Source: Polyangiaceae bacterium (GTDB taxonomy: Bacteria > Myxococcota_A > Polyangia > Polyangiales > Polyangiaceae). Taken from it: 64,000 nucleotides of DNA. Below the pieces are notes generated by a model. It was not told where the DNA came from. It saw nothing but the letters and a program-made list of their open reading frames with translations, and did no database searches. The position numbers and the translations under genes are program-made. The DNA lies in NCBI GenBank assembly GCA_965222375.1, contig CBDCTZ010000016.1, positions 1,728,001-1,792,000 of the forward strand, written 5' to 3'. Shown here piece by piece: positions 48,031-59,019 of the stretch (position 1 is the first letter of the stretch; the number at the start of each line of letters is the position of its first letter).

Positions 48031-50136
48031 CTACGGGACCAGAATTGCGAGCGCCTGCCGCAAGAGTGTAGCCAGGTGCTCGGCGCGCGGGCCGCGAGTG
48101 TCACCTCGACACGCCAGCGCAGCTACAGCCTTCTTCGACTCTCCGCGCCGAAAGCCCATGTTCGTCAGGGCGCTGACAAGCTTGGATTCCACATCGGCCG
48201 AGTTCACGCGGGCTTGGTCGCGCACTTCGCGACCCCGCGAGGTCTCCGCGTCCAGATCGGCAGCTCCGCCTGCCGCATGCTCGAGGGAGCGGAATGACTG
48301 ATTGGCGCGGAGTTCACAGGCGTCGTCCACGCGGCAGCTAGACGCGTCGGTCGGCACGACTTCGTCGGCACTGCTTGTGCGGCAGTTCGGCGTGTCGGTT
48401 GAGATGATTTCGTCGGCGCTGCTTGTGCGGCGGCTCAGCGCGCCGGTTGAGATGATTTCGTCGCTGCTTGTGTGGCAGTTCGGCATGTCGGTTGAGATGA
48501 TTTCGTCGGCGCTGCTTGTGTGGCAGTTCGGCGTGTCGGTTGAGATGATTTCGTCGGCGCTGCTTGTGCGGCGGCTCAGCGCGCCGGTTGACGCAGGTTC
48601 GTCGGCGCTGCTTGTGCGGCGGCTCAGCGCGCCGGTTGACGCAGGTTCGTCGGCACTGCTTGTGCGGCAGTTCGGCGTGTCGGTTGAGATGATTTCGTCG
48701 GCGCTGCTTGTGCGGCGGCTCAGCGCGCCGGTTGACGCAGGTTCGTCGGCGCTGCTTGTGCGGCGGCTCAGCGCGCCGGTTGACGCAGGTTCGTCGGCGC
48801 TGCTTGTGTGGCAGTTCGAAGCGTCCGGGGTCGGGGGGGTGTTGGCGTCACTTTGCTGGCAGTTCGAAGCGTCCGGGGTCGGGGGGGTGTTGGCGTCACT
48901 TTGCTGGCAGTTCGAAGCGTCCGGGGTCGGGGGGGTGTTGGCGTCACTTTGCCGGCAGGTCAGCGCGTCGGGTGCCGCGGGAAGTTCAGCGTTGGTCTGT
49001 TCAAGCGCGCTCCGCGACTGTCTGTCCAACCTCTGCTGGCGAAGGCGAATTCTGCTCTCGACGTATTTTCGTCCGAAGACCTTCTCGGCCTCGAATAAGT
49101 TGTGCGCGCGGCATAGCAGACGTCCGTTGCGAGTCGTGCCAGCGCCACCACAGGCGCGCGGGTCTTCGTGGTCGAGCTGCACGAACGCGCGTGCCTGGCA
49201 GCGTTCTCCGTTTGGCGACGTGTACGTACACTGCTCGCCATCGCGCTCGTAGATCTCCCTGCGGGCCTGGCGGGAGAAGTCGCCGTGCTTGGTTCCAGTA
49301 GAACGCCGCGGCCGGTCAGTCTTGCCGAGCTTCTTCTTTTCCAGCTCTGCCAGCACCAAGTCGAGCCCCCGCTCGATGACCGTTGCCAAGTCTCGTTTCG
49401 GATTCGAGTGGCTCATCAAGTCGAGGGCGCGCTCGAGCTTGTCCTTGAAGGACGTGCCGGCAGAAAACTGGATGTGAAAACGCTGCGCGGAAAGCGGTGA
49501 CACGCGGGGCCTGGGCTCATGGAGTTCAACGGTCGCCACTCGCGAAGCTCCGGCAGCCGATTGGCCCGCAGCGGCGAGGGCAACGGCCGCCGGCCCAGAG
49601 TCCGCCACATTCGACTGGCCCGCCGCCGCGCCACCGGATTGGCCCGCAACAGCGGTATTGCCTCCGAGCTGGGCTTGGACGAACACTGGGCAGATCGCGT
49701 CTGCCACATCTGGCCTCGGGAAGCGTGAGCGGATCAAAAGTTCGACCTCGGCTTTGCTCTTGTCGCAGGCCGCTGCGAGCAACTCGGCGTGGTTTTCGAC
49801 GGAAAGGTACGTCTGCAACATGCTGAGCGCTGTCACGTGGATTCGTCCTTCTCGCAGCAGGTCCAGGACCATCGGATAGCTGCGTGCAATCCGAGCTGCT
49901 GCAAGGTGCCGATGCGCACTGCCCTCGCTGAGCTTCAGCTTGCGGCAGCAGAACTCGTACATGGAGGAACACGCCTCCCTCAGCTCCAACCGCCGTGCTT
50001 CCACCTCGCCGAGGTACGCCACGAGCTGTGCCGTGATCCTACGCCGGGAGCCAATCACGCTGCCCAAGTTCGCCAGGACTTCATCGTCCGAGAGATGAGC
50101 CATTCGCTTCGAGGTTCCCGACGATGTGAGTTTCAT
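48031..50136 (-). CDS. Myxobacterial HNH endonuclease-like protein (helical N-terminal domain, HNH, repeat linker, RuvA-C/UBA-like tail)
   Basis: RREIYERDGEQC...C...LDHEDPRACGG...NGRLLCRAHN; C-terminal LVSALTNMGFRRGESKKAV. Confidence 0.8.
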   Translation of the reverse strand: MKLTSSGTSKRMAHLSDDEVLANLGSVIGSRRRITAQLVAYLGEVEARRLELREACSSMYEFCCRKLKLSEGSAHRHLAAARIARSYPMVLDLLREGRIHVTALSMLQTYLSVENHAELLAAACDKSKAEVELLIRSRFPRPDVADAICPVFVQAQLGGNTAVAGQSGGAAAGQSNVADSGPAAVALAAAGQSAAGASRVATVELHEPRPRVSPLSAQRFHIQFSAGTSFKDKLERALDLMSHSNPKRDLATVIERGLDLVLAELEKKKLGKTDRPRRSTGTKHGDFSRQARREIYERDGEQCTYTSPNGERCQARAFVQLDHEDPRACGGAGTTRNGRLLCRAHNLFEAEKVFGRKYVESRIRLRQQRLDRQSRSALEQTNAELPAAPDALTCRQSDANTPPTPDASNCQQSDANTPPTPDASNCQQSDANTPPTPDASNCHTSSADEPASTGALSRRTSSADEPASTGALSRRTSSADEIISTDTPNCRTSSADEPASTGALSRRTSSADEPASTGALSRRTSSADEIISTDTPNCHTSSADEIISTDMPNCHTSSDEIISTGALSRRTSSADEIISTDTPNCRTSSADEVVPTDASSCRVDDACELRANQSFRSLEHAAGGAADLDAETSRGREVRDQARVNSADVESKLVSALTNMGFRRGESKKAVAALACRGDTRGPRAEHLATLLRQALAILVP
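48340..48975 (-). repeat. Mosaic 48-bp (16-aa) coding repeats
   Basis: ASNCQQSDANTPPTPD-type x3; interleaved ALSRRTSSADE, TPNC(R/H)TSSADE, PASTG and IISTD units. Confidence 0.9.
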
Positions 50137-51090
50137 GCTTACTTGCCTAACACGCGTATTCTTGGCTTCTCAGCTGACCCGCTGCGTGGCGATCGCGCCG
50201 CCAACCGCCGCGCGAGCCGTCTCGCGCGTGAAACCGCACACGCGAGCCACCCACGCGCGGCACGCACGCACAAACTGTCGCGTCGCCGTTTCGCGCCGAT
50301 GCGCGTGCGAAAACCTGTCAAGAAGATTCGTAAGAAAAGATGCAGCCGTGCGGCGCAACCGAGACGACCCGAGCGTGAGACAGATGCGAATCGAGCAGCG
50401 GAAATGGCGACCCAGACCGATGCCCAACCTGGGCGCGAGACGATGCCCAAGGCCCGAGCATCGAGCGCCGAATACCCGACCTACGCGCCGCTCGCGCTCC
50501 ACGCCGTCGCATTGCTGTTCGACCTCCACTGGCGAAGGCGAATTGCACTGTCGACGTACTCACCCGAACGCCTGCGCCGAACAAGCAGACATTCGCGGCG
50601 CCGGCGCCCCGGCGGAGGTGCGGATGTGGCGGGCCCCCATAGGCCCGCCCGCACCGCAGCCCCCACCAGTCGAGACGACGCCACCCGCCGGCGCGAACTT
50701 CCGCAACTCAGCATCGGTGTCGCCCGACAAGGTGTCCCACCCGGGGTGGGACACCGTACAGATTTTGCGCAACCAGGTCTTGCAGTGTGCCGAACAAGTT
50801 GCCCTCCCACCCTGGGACTTTTGTGTCTGCAGTTTGTTGCAGTCGCGCTCTCTCTACCAGCCTGCCGTCAAGCGGCGGACGCGCTTGACGCGATGGGGTC
50901 CTGTTTCCGGCCAACGCCGAGCGTCCTCGACCTCCGCCAAGAATACCTCGCGCCGATTGCAGGTGGCTCCCCTCCGCGTCCGCGAACTCGCGGGAACCGC
51001 GAAGAACTGTCGATGACGCGCTGAGCGGCACATCCCCAAGAAACAAACCAAGCTAAGTGTGGCCGAGGGTTGACACTTCGCTGTGAGCGA

Positions 51091-51636
51091 TCACCGTTCA
51101 AAACTCGCTAGTTCTCTTCGCCAGTAGCTCACAGCGGCGACAAACCCCAGCGCCCCGGTGGCGTAGAGCAAGGGCCAGCTGAGCGAGTGATGGAGCAGAA
51201 TGGCTGCGACGGCAGCGAACTGGAGCACCGTGGCGGCCTTGCCTAGGGCGTTGGCCTCGGGGGCTTCGGCTTTAGCCTTGCGGCGTGGGCGGCTGACGGC
51301 CCACCAGGCAACGAGGGGCGCTTCGCCAAGCTCGCGCATGCCCAGGAGCGCCACTCCGAGCAAGTTCAAGTGGTTGGTGAAGAACAGCGTGGCGACGACG
51401 GAAGTGGCGAAGAGCTTGTCGGTCAGGCCGTCGACGACCGCGCCGGCGGGCGTGGCCTGGTTGAAGCGCCGGGCAAGATAGCCGTCGAGCATGTCGCTGC
51501 CGCCGGCGAGGGCGAGGAGACCGAGGGCCACGCTGTGGTTTTCGATGACGAAGGGGAACGCGGCGGCCATGGGTGCGCGCAGGAAGCTCACCAGGCTGGG
51601 AGGAAGGAGGAGATCTCTGGCGCGGTAGTGCCCCAT
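51091..51636 (-). CDS. CDP-alcohol phosphatidyltransferase (PgsA-like)
   Basis: [28 protein letters not shown] signature; GKAATVLQ. Confidence 0.88.
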   Translation of the reverse strand: MGHYRARDLLLPPSLVSFLRAPMAAAFPFVIENHSVALGLLALAGGSDMLDGYLARRFNQATPAGAVVDGLTDKLFATSVVATLFFTNHLNLLGVALLGMRELGEAPLVAWWAVSRPRRKAKAEAPEANALGKAATVLQFAAVAAILLHHSLSWPLLYATGALGFVAAVSYWRRELASFER

Positions 51637-51665
51637 TTCCTTCGCTGAGAGGTACCATGCGCGGC

Positions 51666-53315
51666 ATGTCCACGCTTACAGAATCCGCCGCCTTCGTGGC
51701 CCTGCAGCAGCACAAAACGACCGTAGCCGAGGTGCCCGTGCGGGAGCTTTTCGCAAAGGACCCGAAGCGCTTCGAGAAGTACAGCATCCAGCTGGGTGAG
51801 GTGCTCTTCGACTACTCCAAACACCGCATCACCGACGAGACCCTCGGGCTGCTGTGCGCGTTGGCCAAGCAAGCGGGAGTACCCAAGGCCATTAGCGCTA
51901 TGTTTGCCGGAGACAAGATCAACGTCACTGAAGGGCGAGCAGTGCTGCACGTGGCTCTACGCAATCGTGTGGGCACTCCGATGCAGGTTGGCGGCGAAGA
52001 CGTGATGCCGAAGGTGCAAGCGGTCTTGGCGAAGATGCGAAGCTTCGTGGAGGCCCTGCATGCTGGAAAGTGGCAGGGTGCGACGGGACAAGCGCTGACC
52101 AACGTCGTGAACATTGGCATCGGTGGGTCCGACCTCGGACCCATGATGGTTACAGAAGCATTGAAGCCCTATTGGCGGGACGGAATGCAGGTGCACTTCG
52201 TTTCGAATGTGGATGGGACGCATTTGAGTGAGACGCTGAAGGGGCTCGACCCAGCGCGCACATTATTCTGCGTGGCTTCGAAGACGTTCACGACCCAGGA
52301 AACCCTCACCAACGCTCGCTCGGCGCGGAAGTGGTTGACGGACGCTTTGGGTGAAGGCGCTGTGCCGAAGCACTTCGTTGCCCTGTCGACCAACGAGGCT
52401 GCGGTGCGGGAGTTCGGCATCGATCCGGAGAACATGTTCGAGTTCTGGGACTGGGTCGGCGGACGTTTTTCGCTGTGGTCGGCGATTGGGATGTCCATCG
52501 CTTGCACGATCGGTATGGACAACTTCGAGGAACTCTTGGCCGGCGCTCACGATGCGGACCGGCATTTCGCTACCACAGACTTGGACAAGAACGTTCCCGT
52601 GCTGATGGCGCTGCTCGGGGCCTGGTACGCGAATTTTTGGGACGCCCACGCTCACGCCATCTTGCCCTACGACCAGTACATGCATCGCTTTGCCGCCTAC
52701 TTCCAACAGGGGGACATGGAGAGCAATGGAAAGGGGGTCACGAAGGATGGTCAACCCATCTCGGACTTCATGACTGGGCCCATCGTGTTCGGTGAACCCG
52801 GGACCAACGGGCAGCATGCCTTCTACCAATTGATTCATCAGGGCACGCGACTCGTGCCAGCGGACTTCATCGCGCCGGTGCATTCCCACAATCCGATCGG
52901 GGACCATCACAGGATCTTGCTGGCCAACTTCTTCGCGCAGACCGAAGCGTTGATGCGTGGCAAGACCGAAGCTGAGGCCCGCGCGGAGCTGGAGGCGCAG
53001 GGCATGGACGCCGCACGGCTGGCGGAGCTACTGCCCCACAAGGTCTTTCCCGGGAACCGACCGACCAGTTCGTTCTTGGTAGATCGCATCACGCCTCGGA
53101 CCCTGGGCACGTTGATTGCACTCTACGAGCACAAGATCTTCGTGCAGGGCGTGCTCTGGAACGTGAATAGCTTCGACCAATGGGGCGTGGAGCTCGGCAA
53201 ACAGTTGGCGAAGGCCATCTTGCCAGAACTCGACGGCGGCAGTCCGGTGCAAAGTCACGACAGCTCGACCAACGGCTTGATCAATCACTTCAAGGCGCGG
53301 CGCGCCGACCCTTGA
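51666..53315 (+). CDS. pgi: Glucose-6-phosphate isomerase
   Basis: [44 protein letters not shown] and DQWGVELGK motifs. Confidence 0.97.
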   Translation: MSTLTESAAFVALQQHKTTVAEVPVRELFAKDPKRFEKYSIQLGEVLFDYSKHRITDETLGLLCALAKQAGVPKAISAMFAGDKINVTEGRAVLHVALRNRVGTPMQVGGEDVMPKVQAVLAKMRSFVEALHAGKWQGATGQALTNVVNIGIGGSDLGPMMVTEALKPYWRDGMQVHFVSNVDGTHLSETLKGLDPARTLFCVASKTFTTQETLTNARSARKWLTDALGEGAVPKHFVALSTNEAAVREFGIDPENMFEFWDWVGGRFSLWSAIGMSIACTIGMDNFEELLAGAHDADRHFATTDLDKNVPVLMALLGAWYANFWDAHAHAILPYDQYMHRFAAYFQQGDMESNGKGVTKDGQPISDFMTGPIVFGEPGTNGQHAFYQLIHQGTRLVPADFIAPVHSHNPIGDHHRILLANFFAQTEALMRGKTEAEARAELEAQGMDAARLAELLPHKVFPGNRPTSSFLVDRITPRTLGTLIALYEHKIFVQGVLWNVNSFDQWGVELGKQLAKAILPELDGGSPVQSHDSSTNGLINHFKARRADP

Positions 53316-53348
53316 GCCGGTTCGGCGCCCGTGGCAAGCATGGCGACC

Positions 53349-53669
53349 ATGGACGCAATTGTAGTTCTCTGCACCGCGCCCGCTGAAGGCGACGTCGCGG
53401 CGCAGCTCGCTCGCGGGCTGGTCGAGGAAAAGCTGGCCGCCTGCGTGAACATCGTGCCGGGCCTGTGGTCCTTCTACACTTGGAAGGGCAAGTTGGAGGA
53501 CGAGCAAGAAGTGCAGCTGTTGATCAAGACTCGGCGGGAGCACTTTCCGGCTTTGGAATCGTGGCTCAAGGAGCACCACCCTTACGACGAGCCGGAGATC
53601 CTCGCGCTGCCGGTGCTGCAAGGCTCTGCGAGCTACCTGGCCTGGCTCGAGGAGCAAACGGAGCGTTGA
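53349..53669 (+). CDS. cutA: Divalent-cation tolerance protein CutA
   Basis: LAACVN, YTWKG, IKT and HPYDEPEI motifs. Confidence 0.93.
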   Translation: MDAIVVLCTAPAEGDVAAQLARGLVEEKLAACVNIVPGLWSFYTWKGKLEDEQEVQLLIKTRREHFPALESWLKEHHPYDEPEILALPVLQGSASYLAWLEEQTER

Positions 53670-54080
53670 AGGGAACACCGGTGGCACAACGTATCTAGGT
53701 ATCCCTCGAGTGGACGAATCCGAAGGAGCTGTTCGAGGCGGGTGGTGAAACGGCGCGCTCCAATTTGTCACCGCATCCCTGACGGCTCATCGATCTGCTG
53801 CGTTTGGTGGTCCGCGAGCAGGCCAATTTGTGAATGCGTCGCCATCCGCGTCGAGGCCAAGGCGTGCAGCGCCTCCCACTCGTCAACGCTCGTACCGCGC
53901 CGCTTGGCCTGCCGTCGACCTCGCAACTGCCGCAGTCTCCTGGCCCAGCGGTTCGACGGAGGCTTAGAAGCTCGGCGCAACCTGCTGTGCCCCTACACTC
54001 GGCAGCGAATGTAGGCCTAGCACGACGCTACGGGGGTCAGGGAAGTCAGGGGCTGGCGGTTCGGGGTGGGGTTCCGCTCG

Positions 54081-54860
54081 CTAGTTGCAGAAGCCGAGCG
54101 TTCCGATTCCGGTAGCGTCGAAGGCCACGCAGGTCTCACCGCTTACGCAGTCGGAAACCGAGCAACAGTACTTCTTGCACGTTCCAGGTGGGGGCGTGGC
54201 GGCGTCGTTCTCCGGCACATCGCAGCCGTAGGTGGGGATGCACCAAGGCCCGTTAGTGGGATCCGTTCCGCACGCGGCACCCTTGGCAGCGGTGTTCGGG
54301 GGCGGATAGCACTCGAAGGCCACGCCCGTGGTAGCAGAGTCGCTGAAGTCGCACGCCACGCCGGTTCCGGTGCAGCCTTGGTTGTTAACCGGGTTGCACG
54401 CGGTGGGAATCCCGTCCGCGCACCCGGAAGGCAATGTGACAGTCGTGCCACCGGTGCCGCCGGTTGCGCCAGTGCCGCCGGTCGCGCCGAAGCCGCCGGT
54501 TGCGCCAGTGCCGCCGGTCGCGCCGAAGCCGCCGGTTGCGCCAGTGCCGCCGGTTGCGCCGAAGCCGCCAGTAGCGCCGAAGCCGCCGGTTGCGCCAGTG
54601 CCGCCGGTTGCGCCGAAGCCACCGGTCGCGCCCACGCCGCCGAAGTTCCCGGTTGCGCCTGACCCACCCGTTGCGCCGAGGCCGCCGAAGTTGCCACTGC
54701 CATCGACAACACGCCCTCCGGTTCCGCTTGCCGCACCGAAGCCGCCAGCGTTGCCGCCGCCATCGAGCCCACCCCCGCCGCCCCCGCTGCTCGAACATGC
54801 GGTGGCCGAGCCGACGACCGCAACACCGACGATGAGCCCCGCGTAAACTAAGTGTCTCAT
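54081..54860 (-). CDS. Gly-rich lipoprotein with (GGFGAT/GGTGAT)n linker and Cys-rich domain
   Basis: GAGG RBS; ATAC lipobox; CNPVNNQGC...CKKYCC...DC. Confidence 0.75.
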   Translation of the reverse strand: MRHLVYAGLIVGVAVVGSATACSSSGGGGGGLDGGGNAGGFGAASGTGGRVVDGSGNFGGLGATGGSGATGNFGGVGATGGFGATGGTGATGGFGATGGFGATGGTGATGGFGATGGTGATGGFGATGGTGATGGTGGTTVTLPSGCADGIPTACNPVNNQGCTGTGVACDFSDSATTGVAFECYPPPNTAAKGAACGTDPTNGPWCIPTYGCDVPENDAATPPPGTCKKYCCSVSDCVSGETCVAFDATGIGTLGFCN

Positions 54861-54958
54861 GTGAACTGCCTCCTCAGACGGATACGGACGAAGCGTCAGG
54901 CGTCCTAGCACGCTATGCCCGCTCGTTCCATGCGCACCCCTCAACAAATCCCAGCGGA

Positions 54959-56287
54959 CTACGTGCCGCCCTGGGCTGCCGCGTGCTTTTCCACGGTCTC
55001 CCAGACTCGCAACACGTTCTTGGAACAGATCATCTCGATCTCTTCGTCGCTGTAGCCGCGTTTGAGTAGGGCGCGGATCAAGTTCGGGTACTGGGAGACG
55101 TCCTTGAGCTCTTCGGGCAGTGAATCTCCTACACCGTCGAAGTCAGAGCCTAGGCCGACGTGCTCGACGCCGACGAGCTTCTTCACGTGGTCGATGTGAT
55201 CGACGACCTGGTCGAGTTTGGCAAACTTCTTCTCGAACTGTTCCCAGAACTGTTTCTTGATGGGCTTGGCACGCTTATCCGACCAGCCGAGCTTCTTCTT
55301 TTTTAGCAATGCGCCGAGTTTGGCGTATCGCCCCGAGGCCTGTTTCTGGATCTTCTCGTCCAGGAAGCCGGAGCCAAAGTTGATCTGGATGACGCCGCCC
55401 TTGGCGGCAAGCTTGCGGATCATTTCGTCGCTCATGTTGCGCTGCCACCCGGGGGTGAAGTGTCGGCAGGACGAGTGGGAAGCGATGACTGGGACCTTGG
55501 AGACTCGCATCACGTCCTCGAAGGCCTGGTCGGAGATGTGGGAAACGTCGACGAGGATGCCCAGTCGGTTCATTTCTGTGACGACCTTCTCTCCAAACGC
55601 GCTCAAGCCACCATGGGTATTGCGAGTGTCGTAGGAAGAGTCGCTGATGTGGTTGTCCTTGGAGTGGGCCAGGGTGATGTAGCGAATGCCTCGCTCGTGG
55701 AAGTACTTGACGTTGTCCAGCTTGCGCTCCACTGGAGAGCCGTTCTCCATGCCCAGTAGCACGGCGACTTTGCCGGCGCTGAAGGCCTGCCGCACTTCCG
55801 TGGTGCTCGTGGCAATGGTCATGGCACCGTCGCTCTGATCCACGATGCTCTGAACCATGTCGATCAGACTGTTCGCTAGCTTCTTGGCACCGCCCGTTTC
55901 GTAGCGCGCGGGGATGTAGACGCTGAAGAAGGGCGCGTCGAGGCCGCCTTTCTGAGCTCGCGGCAGATCGAAGTCTCCCTTTTCGGTTCGCTTCAGGATG
56001 TTCTCGGTCAGATTGCCTGCGTTGTCCTTGCTTTGCTCCAGGCGGTAGGGCACGTCGATGTGGCCGTCCAAGATGATGAACTTGTGGGCTAGCTTGTCGG
56101 CGTGGCGCTGGAATTCCGCCGGCGTCTTCGGGCGGGGCTGTTTGGCGGGAGCCACGGACGCGGCACTGCTCACGCTCTTGGCGGAGGCGGCGCTTGGTTT
56201 GGCACTAGTTGGGGCAGCGGGTTCGTTGGGCGATTGTTCACAGGCAAGCAAGAGCAGTGGGGACAGAAGGGCAGTCCGAATACGCAT
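54959..56287 (-). CDS. Membrane dipeptidase (M19) lipoprotein
   Basis: LLAC lipobox; DGHID, GMENG, VDVSH, ASHS and GLGSDFDG motifs. Confidence 0.92.
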   Translation of the reverse strand: MRIRTALLSPLLLLACEQSPNEPAAPTSAKPSAASAKSVSSAASVAPAKQPRPKTPAEFQRHADKLAHKFIILDGHIDVPYRLEQSKDNAGNLTENILKRTEKGDFDLPRAQKGGLDAPFFSVYIPARYETGGAKKLANSLIDMVQSIVDQSDGAMTIATSTTEVRQAFSAGKVAVLLGMENGSPVERKLDNVKYFHERGIRYITLAHSKDNHISDSSYDTRNTHGGLSAFGEKVVTEMNRLGILVDVSHISDQAFEDVMRVSKVPVIASHSSCRHFTPGWQRNMSDEMIRKLAAKGGVIQINFGSGFLDEKIQKQASGRYAKLGALLKKKKLGWSDKRAKPIKKQFWEQFEKKFAKLDQVVDHIDHVKKLVGVEHVGLGSDFDGVGDSLPEELKDVSQYPNLIRALLKRGYSDEEIEMICSKNVLRVWETVEKHAAAQGGT

Positions 56288-56398
56288 GCGCCGGAAGGTT
56301 GCATAGCGCGGGGGGCAATACCAAGGGGCTGCCCGAGCGACGGACGACCGGCACGGAGTTTGCACAGTCACTGGAAGCACCAGCCGGAGTGAACGGAA

Positions 56399-57445
56399 AT
56401 GCCCAAGAATCGCGACGATGGACCCAAGCCCGCACCTTCCGGGCGCCAACCCGGAGTTGGCGGCAGCTTGCTCGCTTGCTCGCTCGCTGTCGGTGCCATG
56501 GTGCTTGTGGCGTGCTCGAGTGACGACTCTGCGGGACCGGGTAGTGCGGGGGCTGCTGGGGCGAGCGGTGGGTCGGGCGCGGTAGCTGGCGTGGGGGGAA
56601 CCGCGGGGGTAGTGGGCACTAGCGGGGCCGGCGGATTGGCGGGCGCCGCATCGGGAGGCGTGGGCGGCGGCGCAGGCAGCGGCGGATCTTCGGGTAGTGG
56701 CGGAAGTGCCGGCTCGGCGGGTAGTGGCGGCGGTGCTTCTGGTGGTGCGGCGGGCTCCGGTGGTTCCGCTGGCAGTGGTGGGTCTGGTGGCGGTTCTGGC
56801 GGCGGGGCGTGTGTGAGCGAGTCTTTCAACTGGCAATACACGTCGACGAAGACCGCACCCATGAAGCTCGTGCCTATGAAGCTGCAAACGGGTGTCGAGT
56901 ACAAAACTCTGTCGGTGGAGTTCGAGGTCAAGACCACGAACTGGTCAGGGCAGTGCTACAATACGTACTACTCACCGCCGAAGCTGGGTTCGAAGTTCTT
57001 CCACTTCTTCGACGTGCGCAGGGGCAGCAAGTGGTGCAATGGCTTTTTGACCGCTGCCTACCGCAACCCGCCTGCTTCGCAGTATTGGTCCCGCACCCTG
57101 CATGGCAACGCCGTGGGCAAGTGCTCGGGCGTGCAGACTCACGACATCATTCCTCTGACCAAACATGGCTTCACGAAAGACGCCTGGAACAAGTACAAGA
57201 TGGTCTACGATGCGAATGCCGGCAAACTGACGGCAACGGTCGGCTCCAAGGTGCTTACGGGCAACACTCTGAAGAGCGAGAAACTGGTCGCCACCTCGAA
57301 GTATTCGATGAACCTGGTGTTCGGCTACGAGGTGTCCCTGGAGTGTTACAACGCCCAAGGGCAACCGAGTGGCAGCGCCGAGTGCTGTCACGTCCCGTCG
57401 ATTGGCGACTCTTATCGCAAGGCGAAGTACACGGCTTGCCCCTAG
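56399..57445 (+). CDS. Gly/Ser-linker lipoprotein with a beta-rich C-terminal domain
   Basis: VLVAC lipobox; long GSGG linker; aromatic and Cys-rich globular domain. Confidence 0.7.
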   Translation: MPKNRDDGPKPAPSGRQPGVGGSLLACSLAVGAMVLVACSSDDSAGPGSAGAAGASGGSGAVAGVGGTAGVVGTSGAGGLAGAASGGVGGGAGSGGSSGSGGSAGSAGSGGGASGGAAGSGGSAGSGGSGGGSGGGACVSESFNWQYTSTKTAPMKLVPMKLQTGVEYKTLSVEFEVKTTNWSGQCYNTYYSPPKLGSKFFHFFDVRRGSKWCNGFLTAAYRNPPASQYWSRTLHGNAVGKCSGVQTHDIIPLTKHGFTKDAWNKYKMVYDANAGKLTATVGSKVLTGNTLKSEKLVATSKYSMNLVFGYEVSLECYNAQGQPSGSAECCHVPSIGDSYRKAKYTACP

Positions 57446-57455
57446 ACGGGGGACG

Positions 57456-58493
57456 TCAGAACAAGGGCGCGCTGAAGACGGCTTGCCCGCCGCCAGGCAA
57501 CGGCGTGAAGCCAAAGCGCAGGCCGGAAGCACCCAGAAATCGCCTACGGCGCGCGCTGTCCTTTTCTTGTTCGTTCAGGACCCAGAGCACTGCGGCGGTA
57601 CCGATGGCTGCACCCCCGACCCCGAGCAACACACCGCCTACTACACGGGAAGTCTGCCCCTGATCGACCAGGTCGTTGAACTCGGCCTCTTTCTGCTTGA
57701 TGTCTGGATCGTTGCTGTTGCACGGGCACACATCTTCGGCATCGGAGAACTTGCTCTGCGCCTGCAGGAAGAAGAAGCCCCCGCCAAGGGCCGCAGCTAT
57801 CCCGACACCGCCGAGAATGATCGATGCCATGGGAGGCCCCGAGCTTGGACCGGGCACGCCCGTGTCGATTCCCCCCGTGGCCTCACCCGAACCTCCGGAC
57901 GTGCTGCCCGCGCCAGCAGCTGAGTCTTTCGCAACCAGCTCGACCTGCACCTCCACGCGATCTCCAATGCGAGGGGTCAAGGAGCGCTCATAGTTTTCGT
58001 AGCCCGGCGCGATGACCATGAGCTGTCGCCTGCCCGGGTTCACTTCCAGGCTTCCGTTGGCGTCGAGCTCGACGATTCGGCCGTCAATGCGGACTTCCAC
58101 CCCGTTCACTGGAGGGGTTATCTCCACGCTGAGCTGGGGCACTTTGCCCTCTAGATCACCCAAGGATGCTTCCGCCGCGTTGGCCACGGGTGGGAGCTTT
58201 TCTTGCTTGGCCCGTTCCAATGCCTGAGTGAAGTGCAGCTTCGCGTCGGCGAGGGCGCCGAGGTTGCGCTCGGCTTGCGCCAGGTTGAACAGCCGTGTCG
58301 CTGTGGGTGCAGTCGTCACGAGCTCTCGCAGCACTTGGGCGGCTTCTAGCCAGCGACCCTGGCCCATATGCTCAGCGGCCTTCTTGTCCTGGCTGGTGAC
58401 CTTGCCTTGGGCATGGGCCAGTTGCGGAGTGAGCGCCAAGGAAGCGGCGAGCAGGCACGAAGCGAAGCGAAACACTCGAGAAGGGTAGAACAA
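57456..58493 (-). CDS. TPR + PEGA domain protein
   Basis: LFNLAQAERNLG TPR; VRIDG...VNPG...APGY PEGA; two C-terminal hydrophobic segments. Confidence 0.8.
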   Translation of the reverse strand: MFYPSRVFRFASCLLAASLALTPQLAHAQGKVTSQDKKAAEHMGQGRWLEAAQVLRELVTTAPTATRLFNLAQAERNLGALADAKLHFTQALERAKQEKLPPVANAAEASLGDLEGKVPQLSVEITPPVNGVEVRIDGRIVELDANGSLEVNPGRRQLMVIAPGYENYERSLTPRIGDRVEVQVELVAKDSAAGAGSTSGGSGEATGGIDTGVPGPSSGPPMASIILGGVGIAAALGGGFFFLQAQSKFSDAEDVCPCNSNDPDIKQKEAEFNDLVDQGQTSRVVGGVLLGVGGAAIGTAAVLWVLNEQEKDSARRRRFLGASGLRFGFTPLPGGGQAVFSAPLF

Positions 58494-58590
58494 TCTCCCG
58501 GGCGAGGCGACGTTTTGACGCGGGTGGCTGAACCGGCTCAGGCAAAAAGCTGAAATTGCGCATTCTTCGCGGCGGGCCTATGTTCTCCAG

Positions 58591-59016
58591 ATGCGATTCC
58601 TGCACTCCATGGTCCGCGTACGAGATCTCGACGCCACGCTTCACTTCTTCTGCGAAGTGCTGGGGCTAAAGGAACTGCGGCGTCACGAAAGTGAGGGCGG
58701 ACGATTCACGCTGGTATTTCTGTCGACGGGCGCGGCTGGCGACAGCGCGCAGATAGAACTGACCTACAACTGGGACCAGAAGGAGCCCTACTCGGGCGGT
58801 CGGAACTTCGGGCACTTGGCGTTCGAAGTGGATGACATCTACGCCATCTGCGAGAAGCTCCAGGCGGCGGGAGTCACGATTCTGAGGCCGCCGCGGGATG
58901 GCCGCATGGCGTTCGTGCGATCGCCCGACGAGATATCCGTTGAGCTGCTGCAGAGGGGGCCAGCGCTGCGGCCGGAGGATCCCTGGGCGACGATGCCGAG
59001 CCAGGGCGAATGGTGA
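58591..59016 (+). CDS. gloA: Lactoylglutathione lyase / VOC-family protein
   Basis: [28 protein letters not shown] and [15 protein letters not shown] motifs. Confidence 0.85.
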   Translation: MRFLHSMVRVRDLDATLHFFCEVLGLKELRRHESEGGRFTLVFLSTGAAGDSAQIELTYNWDQKEPYSGGRNFGHLAFEVDDIYAICEKLQAAGVTILRPPRDGRMAFVRSPDEISVELLQRGPALRPEDPWATMPSQGEW

Positions 59017-59019
59017 GGC

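Noticed and set aside
50126..51024. ORFs upstream of the HNH gene
   Set aside because: Arg/Ala/Pro-rich translations with no motifs or convincing RBS; treated as non-coding.
53768..53980. 70-aa ORF downstream of cutA
   Set aside because: TTG start and no recognisable motif; it cannot be supported from the sequence alone.
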